Positions 56,809-64,000 of a DNA stretch of 64,000 nucleotides are shown here, piece after piece. Origin of the DNA: Candidatus Omnitrophota bacterium (GTDB lineage: Bacteria > Omnitrophota > Gorgyraeia > Duberdicusellales > 4484-171); contig JAFGQU010000013.1 in assembly GCA_016935525.1 (NCBI GenBank), forward strand, positions 90,523 through 154,522, given 5' to 3'. The notes under the pieces were generated by a model. That model saw nothing but the letters and a program-made list of their open reading frames with translations. It was not told the DNA's origin and searched no databases. Within the stretch, counting starts at the first letter, position 1; every line of letters starts with the position of its first letter. The translations under genes were made by a program, and so were the position numbers.

Positions 56809-57621
56809 ATGCCGAAAGCTCAAACTTTTTATGATCTAAGTCGTGATGCTCTTGTGATGGTGAGTAATAACGCTACGGCCAGGTATTGGGACCAACTCTG
56901 GCGTGATTCACAAAAAGATATCAAAAAAGCGGTTACTCAAAGATATAATTACATGCTCCGTAAATTTGTCCCCCGGTATCTATCTCAAGGCGCAAAAATA
57001 CTGGATGCTGGCTGCGGTGTGGGAGATAAAGTCTATATGTTGAAAAAGATGGGATACGATGCATATGGTGTTGATTTTGCCGAAGAAACAGTGAAAAGAG
57101 TTACTGCTTATTTTCCGGATATAAATATCAAGTGCGCGGATGTCCGGGGCCTATCTTTTCCCGATAAAATGTTTGATGCCTATCTCTCTTTCGGGGTTAT
57201 TGAACATTTTTTTGAAGGATATGGAGAAGTTATCGATGAGGCCCGCCGGGTCCTTTGTGATAAGGGGTATCTCTTTTTAGCTTTTCCCCATATTTCGCCA
57301 TTACGGCGTTGGAAAATACGATTCAATAGGTATTCTCACATAACCATGCCGGAACAGACTAAGGAAAAGTTCTATCAATTTTTTCTCAATGTGCCGGAAG
57401 TTATTCGAGAAGTTGAGTCAAAAGGATTTTCCGTTGTTTCGGTTTATCCGTTTGATGCCGTAAAGGGGTGGAAAGATGAGGTGTCTTTATTGAATCCGGC
57501 ATTTTCGTATATTTACAATTCTCAACATATTTTTTTAAAAGGTGTAAAGTTTTTTATCGACCGTTTGACTTCCTTCCTGGCCGGACATACCGTTTTAATC
57601 ATCTTCCAAAAAAATGTGTAA
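56809..57621 (+). CDS. Class I SAM methyltransferase
   Basis: ILDAGCGVG, YLSFGVIEHF, EARRVL. Confidence 0.88.
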   Translation: MPKAQTFYDLSRDALVMVSNNATARYWDQLWRDSQKDIKKAVTQRYNYMLRKFVPRYLSQGAKILDAGCGVGDKVYMLKKMGYDAYGVDFAEETVKRVTAYFPDINIKCADVRGLSFPDKMFDAYLSFGVIEHFFEGYGEVIDEARRVLCDKGYLFLAFPHISPLRRWKIRFNRYSHITMPEQTKEKFYQFFLNVPEVIREVESKGFSVVSVYPFDAVKGWKDEVSLLNPAFSYIYNSQHIFLKGVKFFIDRLTSFLAGHTVLIIFQKNV

Positions 57622-58870
57622 TATCAAAGAGTGTACAGGTTTGCTGTTAAAGCGTGTTTTTAATTTCTTTTATATAAGTTTTTTAGTAAGTCAGCTTTGT
57701 CTGGCCAGCATATATATATATGATATCCCGTTGCGGGCGTATTTTATCGCTGCCGGTTTTATTGTGTGTGTGATCATGTTGATATTTTTTGAATCGGAAA
57801 GTATATGGAATAATGCCTATATCAGAAATATTTCTTTTTTGTTCATCGGTTTTGCTTTTTCCTCGTTTATGGCATTTCTCATATCAAGAGTGCTCTACGA
57901 TAATACGCTTAGTTTAAAAAGTTTTCTGTTTCTTCTCACCAGGTTTCTTATCCAATTGTGGATAGCATTTTTTATTTCAAGTTATTTTTTGAAACAAAAC
58001 GGGATTGTGCCTTTGCTTTGGTCGGTAATGCTTTACGCGGCTTTATCCGGCCTGGTCGCTTTTTTTCAATTTCTGGGTATTGAAACGTTCTGGAAGATGA
58101 AATTTTTGTTTACCACGGATCTAAATAAATATATTGTCACATTTATCACCAGCCATACTGATTCACAGCGAGCAGCCGGGTTGTCCCTTTATTTTATATC
58201 TTTGTCGTATGAGATGCTTTTATCATTACCGCTGGGTATATATCTTATAACCCGATCCGCAGGAAAGTGGCGGTGGTTAGCTGTTTTTTGTTCGATTATG
58301 ATATTATTAGGCCTGGTCGCTTCAAAAACGATGTCGGCATATCTTGCCCTTACAATAATGCTCCTTTTGTGGTTTTACGGTAAAGGGAAACGTAAAATTA
58401 CCATTTCCCTGATATTTTTAATTCTAATCGGCAGTTATATTTTTCGGGATCATTTTACTTTTTTGTTGGCCAGCCTCAAGGCGCGAATGGGATTCTGGCA
58501 GGTAGCGATAAAGACCTTTTTGAAATATCCGTTCGGGATCCCTTTTTTGCGTGAGTATGGCCGATATTCATCCCAGTTTTATTCGCCGGATCTACCTGAT
58601 ATTGTCGGTTCAGTTCCCCATAACCAGTTTTTAAATACCGTTATTTCTTATGGCCTGGGCGGGATCATTTGCCTGTTTTTGTTCTTTTTCCTGCTCTATA
58701 AAAGGGCTATGAAAATTCATGATAACCATTTGGCATTATTAATGGTTTGTGCTTTTTCCGGTTATTTTGTCCATTCTTTTTTTCATAATTTAGGGATGTT
58801 TTACAATGATGTATTCTTCTGGGTGTTCGCTGCCGTGTTTTTTGTCCAACCCGATCACAAAAATGGATAG
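57614..58870 (+). CDS. O-antigen ligase / Wzy polymerase-like membrane protein
   Basis: ~11-12 TM segments, SLKARMGFW...F.KYPFG, PHNQFL. Confidence 0.8.
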   Translation: MCNIKECTGLLLKRVFNFFYISFLVSQLCLASIYIYDIPLRAYFIAAGFIVCVIMLIFFESESIWNNAYIRNISFLFIGFAFSSFMAFLISRVLYDNTLSLKSFLFLLTRFLIQLWIAFFISSYFLKQNGIVPLLWSVMLYAALSGLVAFFQFLGIETFWKMKFLFTTDLNKYIVTFITSHTDSQRAAGLSLYFISLSYEMLLSLPLGIYLITRSAGKWRWLAVFCSIMILLGLVASKTMSAYLALTIMLLLWFYGKGKRKITISLIFLILIGSYIFRDHFTFLLASLKARMGFWQVAIKTFLKYPFGIPFLREYGRYSSQFYSPDLPDIVGSVPHNQFLNTVISYGLGGIICLFLFFFLLYKRAMKIHDNHLALLMVCAFSGYFVHSFFHNLGMFYNDVFFWVFAAVFFVQPDHKNG

Positions 58871-58902
58871 AGATCGTAACGATTGATAAAAAGCCCAGGC
58901 TC

Positions 58903-58931
58903 TTGAGTTGCCTTCGAGGGTGTTATATAAT
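58903..58931 (+). promoter_or_regulatory. Candidate internal sigma70 promoter
   Basis: TTGAGT-N17-TATAAT. Confidence 0.55.
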
Positions 58932-58972
58932 ATGGAAGTTTTAATGATAAGAGGAGTTTTCAGGAAGAGTAT

Positions 58973-60061
58973 ATGAAAAATAAAAAAATACTTTTCTCTT
59001 TGGTCGCGATCATCGGGGGGCTACTTTTAACCCTATTGGTCATAGAGATAATCCTTCGAATATTGGGATTTGGTAACCTGGTCATATATCAATATGATAA
59101 AGATGTGTACTGGAAACCTAGACCGAATCAGCATTGTTTTACCAAAGAAGGGCATCAGCCGGTACAGATAAATCGTTTAGGCCTGCGCGGACAGGAAGTA
59201 TCTCTCGATAAACCGCAGGGTACTTTCAGGATCCTCTCATTAGGCGATTCCCGTACGTTCGGCTGGGGCGTAGCTGATAACCAGACTTATAGTTATATAC
59301 TACAGGAAGAACTGTCTAAACGTACCGGTAAAAATATCGAAGTATTGAATGCCGGTGTAAACGGATATTCATATCCGCAAATGTATGTTGTATTGCGCGA
59401 TATGGTAGATAAATTTGATATCGATGCGGTGATCGTCGGGAGCAGTAATTGGTGGTCATATTTCATCCCGGATGCCATGCTTGAATATAAACGAGCCTGG
59501 CAGAAAAAAATATTTCTTAAAAATATTGTCCGTAGATTCGCGATATACCATACTCTGGTAGAATTAAAATTAAGACAATATTATGTGCGCTGGAGGAAGA
59601 GATTTATCCCGGTTTCTCCGGAAGATGTTCCGAGTGTCTTAGACGAAACCGCTCCTTCCGTTTCGCCCAATGGTTCCAACAGAGAAAAATCATTAGATGG
59701 GATCCTTAATATCTATCAAGAAAAATCTCCGGCGTTTGCGACCTCATATGCGGTTGGTGAATACTATTTAAAAGAGATGGCAAAGCTAGCTACGGAAAAA
59801 AAGGTCCCTTGTGTTTTTCTATATATCCCGCATGAAAAGTCTAATGATAACTCGTTGCATCTGGTGATGAAGAGAAGAGTCGAGCAGGAATTTAAAGGAA
59901 ATGTCTTTGTTCTTGATTCTTCAAAAATACTGAACTCTCCTCAAATTTCCTATGGGAGTGTATTCCTCGAAGGCGATCGAGTCCATATGAATGCATATGG
60001 ACATGAAAAGTTGGCGGAATTTCTTGCCGGGCAGATAATAAACAGGAAGATTGTGTTCTGA
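58973..60061 (+). CDS. Membrane-anchored SGNH/GDSL hydrolase-like protein
   Basis: EIILR, INRLGLR, LGDSRTFG, VLNAGVNGY, DRVHMNAYGH. Confidence 0.85.
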   Translation: MKNKKILFSLVAIIGGLLLTLLVIEIILRILGFGNLVIYQYDKDVYWKPRPNQHCFTKEGHQPVQINRLGLRGQEVSLDKPQGTFRILSLGDSRTFGWGVADNQTYSYILQEELSKRTGKNIEVLNAGVNGYSYPQMYVVLRDMVDKFDIDAVIVGSSNWWSYFIPDAMLEYKRAWQKKIFLKNIVRRFAIYHTLVELKLRQYYVRWRKRFIPVSPEDVPSVLDETAPSVSPNGSNREKSLDGILNIYQEKSPAFATSYAVGEYYLKEMAKLATEKKVPCVFLYIPHEKSNDNSLHLVMKRRVEQEFKGNVFVLDSSKILNSPQISYGSVFLEGDRVHMNAYGHEKLAEFLAGQIINRKIVF

Positions 60062-60063
60062 TT

Positions 60064-60864
60064 ATGAGTGATCTGAAGAAGGAAGCGACTTTTCTTTGTT
60101 CATTCCATAAAACCGATTCGCTGTTTTATGAAATGATAGATAGTCTTTTAAAACAATCTTACGAAAATTTCAAAGTGATCTTAGTAAATGATATCGGGCA
60201 ACCAGTAACTTTTGATTCCCGGTATCAAACCGATAACCGGGTTGCCCTATTGCATAATCCTTCTAATCAGGGATTGATACATTCTCTTAATAGAGGGGTC
60301 GTCGATATTGATTCCGAATATATCGCTCGGGTTGATCGCGGGGATATATGTCTTCCGGAAAGGTTAAAAGAACAGGTCGAGTATCTTGAAAAAAACGACC
60401 TTGATATAGTAGGCAGTTATGTCGAAGAAATAGATGAAGCTGGTAAAATTTTACGGATTGTCAAGCCTCCATTAGAGCACAGTAAAATCGTTACCGCATT
60501 GGAAAGATATAATTGTCTTGTCCATTCTTCGATTTTAATGAAGACAGAAGTCATAAAAAAACTTGGAGGCTACAACGAACGCTTCCAATATGCCCAGGAT
60601 TATGATCTGTATCTGCGGGCGATACGGGCTGGGTGTCGATTCGGTGTAGTCGATAAAATCCTTACCCGGCGCCGGGTCTATCGGGATTCGACTACACGTA
60701 AGAAACGGAAGCAACAGATACTTTATGCGTCAGCAGCTTTAATGATGTATTATGCCGCAGAGGAGAGGCTAACCGGTACCCATATTCTTCGAGTGTGTGC
60801 CCATCTTAGCAAGATCCTTATCCCGCAGTGGATGCGTTCTATGCGGAACCGGCCGATATCATGA
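60064..60864 (+). CDS. Glycosyltransferase family 2
   Basis: SLLKQSY, NQGLIHSLN.G, YIARVD, AQDYDLYLR. Confidence 0.9.
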   Translation: MSDLKKEATFLCSFHKTDSLFYEMIDSLLKQSYENFKVILVNDIGQPVTFDSRYQTDNRVALLHNPSNQGLIHSLNRGVVDIDSEYIARVDRGDICLPERLKEQVEYLEKNDLDIVGSYVEEIDEAGKILRIVKPPLEHSKIVTALERYNCLVHSSILMKTEVIKKLGGYNERFQYAQDYDLYLRAIRAGCRFGVVDKILTRRRVYRDSTTRKKRKQQILYASAALMMYYAAEERLTGTHILRVCAHLSKILIPQWMRSMRNRPIS

Positions 60865-61982
60865 ATATCTATGTGATCGGTACCCGAGGTGTCCCCGGAT
60901 TGCAGGGAGGAGTCGAGAAGCATTGTGAACAGCTTTATCCGCTTCTTGTCGAAAAGGGATGTGCTGTTACCGTATTCGCCCGTACCCCTTATTTCTGCAA
61001 AGAGAAACGGTTGACACAATGGCGGGGGATTGAACTTCGTTATCTGTGGACTATACGGCAAAAGCATCTTGAGGCTATAATCCATTCGTTCCTAGCGGTA
61101 TTTGTCAGTATCATCCGGAAGCCGGATATCGTGTGTATCCATAATATCGGGCCGGCGATCTGGAGTCCATTACTGAAACTGTTCGGTATAAAAACAGTTC
61201 TTACCTATCACAGTGCTAATTATGAACATCAAAAGTGGGGGGCCGTTGCAAAAAAGGTGTTACGGTTTGCTGAATGGGTAAGCGTGCGTTGTACCGACGG
61301 CATTATATGTGTTTCTCAGGATACACAAAGAAGGATATCAGATAAATATCCGGATAAAAAGATCGACGCTATCCCTAATGGTGTTGCTGTCTGTGAGATG
61401 ATTCAGCCTCCGGAAAGTATATTAGAAAGGTATGGGTTGAACAGGAAACAATTCGTATTAGTAGTGGGTCGATTCACTCCGGAAAAAGGTATATATGATA
61501 TCCTTTGTGCGTTTGAGGGGTTAAAAGAAAACAGCTATAAACTGGTCATTGTCGGTGAGAGCGATTATGATTGTAAATATAGTCGGAAGATCAAAGATAA
61601 AGCACGAAATATTTCCCATGTCATTTTGACCGGAATGTTAAGTCATGAGGATCTTATTCCGTTATATGCGACGGCCGCTCTTTTTGTTATCCCTTCCTAT
61701 AATGAAGGGTTCCCGCTGGTCCTTTTGGAAGCATTAGTGAATGGGTGTCCGGTATTGGCCAGTGAGGTACTTAAAGATAAAGGGATCCCGCTTAGGGATT
61801 ACCGGTATTTTCACACCGGTGATATTGCTCATTTGACGGAAAAAATGGCTGAATTGCTGCGCCAGGATATTGATTCGTCTGAATCGGTCCGGTATAAGGA
61901 TTTTGTACGATCTCACTTTGACTGGAATGATATTGCCGAAAAAACAGTCCGGTTCTATCATGAAGTCGCATCCGGACAATAG
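60861..61982 (+). CDS. Glycosyltransferase family 4
   Basis: IGTRGVP..GGVEKHCE, VGRFTPEKG, PSYNEGFPLVLLEA. Confidence 0.92.
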   Translation: MNIYVIGTRGVPGLQGGVEKHCEQLYPLLVEKGCAVTVFARTPYFCKEKRLTQWRGIELRYLWTIRQKHLEAIIHSFLAVFVSIIRKPDIVCIHNIGPAIWSPLLKLFGIKTVLTYHSANYEHQKWGAVAKKVLRFAEWVSVRCTDGIICVSQDTQRRISDKYPDKKIDAIPNGVAVCEMIQPPESILERYGLNRKQFVLVVGRFTPEKGIYDILCAFEGLKENSYKLVIVGESDYDCKYSRKIKDKARNISHVILTGMLSHEDLIPLYATAALFVIPSYNEGFPLVLLEALVNGCPVLASEVLKDKGIPLRDYRYFHTGDIAHLTEKMAELLRQDIDSSESVRYKDFVRSHFDWNDIAEKTVRFYHEVASGQ

Positions 61983-61992
61983 AGGGAAAATG

Positions 61993-62021
61993 TTGATATA
62001 TTGCTCAAATAAATATACACT
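61993..62021 (+). promoter_or_regulatory. Candidate sigma70 promoter
   Basis: TTGATA-N17-TACACT. Confidence 0.45.
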
Positions 62022-62052
62022 ATATTAAAAGAACAGAGAGATAAAACCGGTT

Positions 62053-63465
62053 ATGATCCGTCCCACACGTAAAATATATCCGATTTATTTTTTTATTGAT
62101 GTATTCTTTATTACGCTCAGTTTTTTCTTATCTTATTTTTTTAAATATAATACCGTTGAAAGTCTTTTTACCACTATGCGGTTCCCTTACCTGCAACGGT
62201 ATCTTTTTATCTTTTTTTTGTGGACATTATTCATCGTTGTTTCGTTTCGCAGAAGGAACCTCTATTCGACCGACCGCGGTTTGAGTATTCCGAAAGAAAC
62301 TGTCCGGGTCATAGTAAGTATTTTCTATACGAGTGTGTTAATATCGTCGATAATATTTTTTGCTCAATATAAATTCTTTTCCCGCCAGATCTTTAGCCAT
62401 AGTTTTCTTTTTTTATGTATTTCGTTAAGTGTATGGCGGATCATAAAACGGTTGATCATCCGCGATCTGGTCGCCCGCGGATATCATAATATCAACGTGC
62501 TGATTGTTGGCGCCGGGAAGGTAGGGAAGATTGTCCTTGATGAGATACAAAAAGTCCCCTGGTGGGGGTTCCGCGTGGTGGGGGTGCTTGACGATAAAAA
62601 AGATGAGGATTTTAACGGGGTGTCGGTTCTGGGAAAAATAAGTGACTTTGAAATGGTGGTAAAACAGTATTTCGTCGATGAAGTGATCATCACTATCCCT
62701 TCGGAGAAACAGATCGTATCTCAACTTATCGAGAAAGTGAAAGCCATGCATCTGGGATTGGGGATAGTGCCTGAAAATTTTGAAGGGCCGTTAATGATCC
62801 TTAATGTCAATTATCTGGGGATTATGCCGTTATTGACTTACAAAGAACGTAAATATCATCCTACCGCTCTTGCGCTTAAACGGTTGTTTGATTTTACCGT
62901 TTCGTTCATATCGCTTCTTATCGGCCTTCCGTTGTATATTATCATCGCCTGTGTGATCAAATTCGATTCTCCCGGGCCGGTATTCTACCGGCAGAAACGG
63001 GCGGGACTTAAAGGGAAACCGTTTAAAGTGTATAAGTTCCGTTCGATGGTCAAAGATGCCGATAAGATGAAAGAAGAATTACTTGAAAAGAACGAAGTGT
63101 GCGATGGGGTCATTTTTAAGATCAAAGAAGATCCCCGGATAACCAAGGTGGGCCGTTTCCTGCGGCGGTATAGCCTTGATGAGTTTCCTCAGTTATTTAA
63201 TGTGTTAAAAGGGGATATGAGCCTTATCGGGCCGCGGCCGCCTACATTTGATGAAGTCGAAAAGTATAATTATATTCAGATGCAGCGGCTTTCGATACGG
63301 CCCGGGATTACCGGGCTTTCTCAGGTAAAAGGGCGCAGTACTCTTACTTTCCGCCGTTGGGTAAAGTGGGATCTCTGGTATGTGAATAACTGGTCATTCG
63401 GGCTGGATCTACGTATTTTATGGTGGACCATACCGGCAGTGATCAAAGGACAGGGCGCTTATTGA
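62053..63465 (+). CDS. Polyprenyl-phosphate glycosylphosphotransferase (priming sugar transferase, WcaJ/WbaP-like)
   Basis: KRLFD, DSPGPVFYRQKR, KFRSM, DPRITKVGRFLRRYSLDEFPQ, GDMSLIGPRP. Confidence 0.94.
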   Translation: MIRPTRKIYPIYFFIDVFFITLSFFLSYFFKYNTVESLFTTMRFPYLQRYLFIFFLWTLFIVVSFRRRNLYSTDRGLSIPKETVRVIVSIFYTSVLISSIIFFAQYKFFSRQIFSHSFLFLCISLSVWRIIKRLIIRDLVARGYHNINVLIVGAGKVGKIVLDEIQKVPWWGFRVVGVLDDKKDEDFNGVSVLGKISDFEMVVKQYFVDEVIITIPSEKQIVSQLIEKVKAMHLGLGIVPENFEGPLMILNVNYLGIMPLLTYKERKYHPTALALKRLFDFTVSFISLLIGLPLYIIIACVIKFDSPGPVFYRQKRAGLKGKPFKVYKFRSMVKDADKMKEELLEKNEVCDGVIFKIKEDPRITKVGRFLRRYSLDEFPQLFNVLKGDMSLIGPRPPTFDEVEKYNYIQMQRLSIRPGITGLSQVKGRSTLTFRRWVKWDLWYVNNWSFGLDLRILWWTIPAVIKGQGAY

Positions 63466-64000
63466 AGATTCCCTCTTTTTTTAGCCAGCTTTTTAAAACG
63501 ATTGATAATCGTTCTCTTATCCTTCCTGTTTCTCTTTCCCGGTTCACATTATCTATTGCTGTTTTTATCATCGTCTCGGCAAGTTTTATGCGCCAGATAG
63601 TCGATTGGGTGAGGAATAACCTTCTTGATGAAAAAGGAGTGGGCGTTGTCATTATATGTCTGGCCATGGCGATTGTATTGGCATTGCTTATTTCCCTGTC
63701 TAAAAAAAAGTTGTCTTTTTTGCGTCTGGCTTCTATCTTGATTGTAATTGCCGCCGGTTTTCTGGTAATGGCCCGATTGGAATTGGCCGTAGAAAAAGTG
63801 CATATCTTAGAGTATGCATTTCTCGGTTGGTTGACTTTGAGTGATACTACTCGTACCCATTCGAAATCGGAAGGGACATGTATCGCGGTTATTTTCTGTG
63901 CGGTTGTCGGTATTATTGATGAATTGTTCCAGGCTGTCTTACCGTATCGGTTTTATGATGCCCGGGATATCGTCTTTAATCTGATCGGTGCTATCGAAGG
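63462..64000 (+). CDS. VanZ-family membrane protein (runs off window end)
   Basis: Frame from TTG 63462: ...EKVHILEYAFLG...GIIDELFQAVLPYRFYDARDIVFNLIG. Confidence 0.8.
   Translation, partial: MKIPSFFSQLFKTIDNRSLILPVSLSRFTLSIAVFIIVSASFMRQIVDWVRNNLLDEKGVGVVIICLAMAIVLALLISLSKKKLSFLRLASILIVIAAGFLVMARLELAVEKVHILEYAFLGWLTLSDTTRTHSKSEGTCIAVIFCAVVGIIDELFQAVLPYRFYDARDIVFNLIGAIE

Noticed and set aside
63462-64000. Glycopeptide resistance
   Set aside because: VanZ-family proteins are common at EPS loci; no van operon genes are present

Overview
Bacterial chromosomal window, almost entirely + strand. The gene content and style suggest a candidate-phylum anaerobe such as Ca. Omnitrophota, but this is inference only. 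Bases 1-16.8 kb hold housekeeping genes: the 3' end of truA, mreBCD-mrdA-rodA, a radical SAM/linked-protein pair, an antisense speD-like decarboxylase, a GH5, rpe, a divergent polysaccharide deacetylase, queH, a YhcC-type radical SAM, dtd, lgt and the carboxy(nor)spermidine pathway. At 17-18.4 kb lies a PEP-CTERM beta-propeller gene with sigma54 and enhancer motifs. From 18.6 kb to the end is a very large surface-glycan locus. It carries a MarR-type EPS regulator, PAPS supply (sat-cysC, DUF2061-cysC, cysQ), Gmd, nonulosonic-acid-like enzymes, 4 radical SAM/SPASM enzymes, 8 methyltransferases, 2 sulfotransferases, several glycosyltransferases, an ABC flippase, a Wzy/ligase-like protein and a priming transferase. 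The most unusual signals are non-coding. (i) About a dozen sites between 5.2 and 23.2 kb, nearly all gene junctions, carry short-period (7-10 bp) tandem repeats of about nine families. They form inverted left/right arms, either closed as empty hairpins between a stop and a start codon or split around whole genes, and are studded with smaller inserted hairpins and one 137-nt four-way junction. (ii) An 81-codon upstream ORF has its stop inside a hairpin that sequesters the speD RBS, a candidate polyamine-sensing leader. (iii) A 144-bp in-frame palindromic insertion sits at the 5' end of the GH5 gene. No rRNA, tRNA, CRISPR array, transposase or integrase was recognised.
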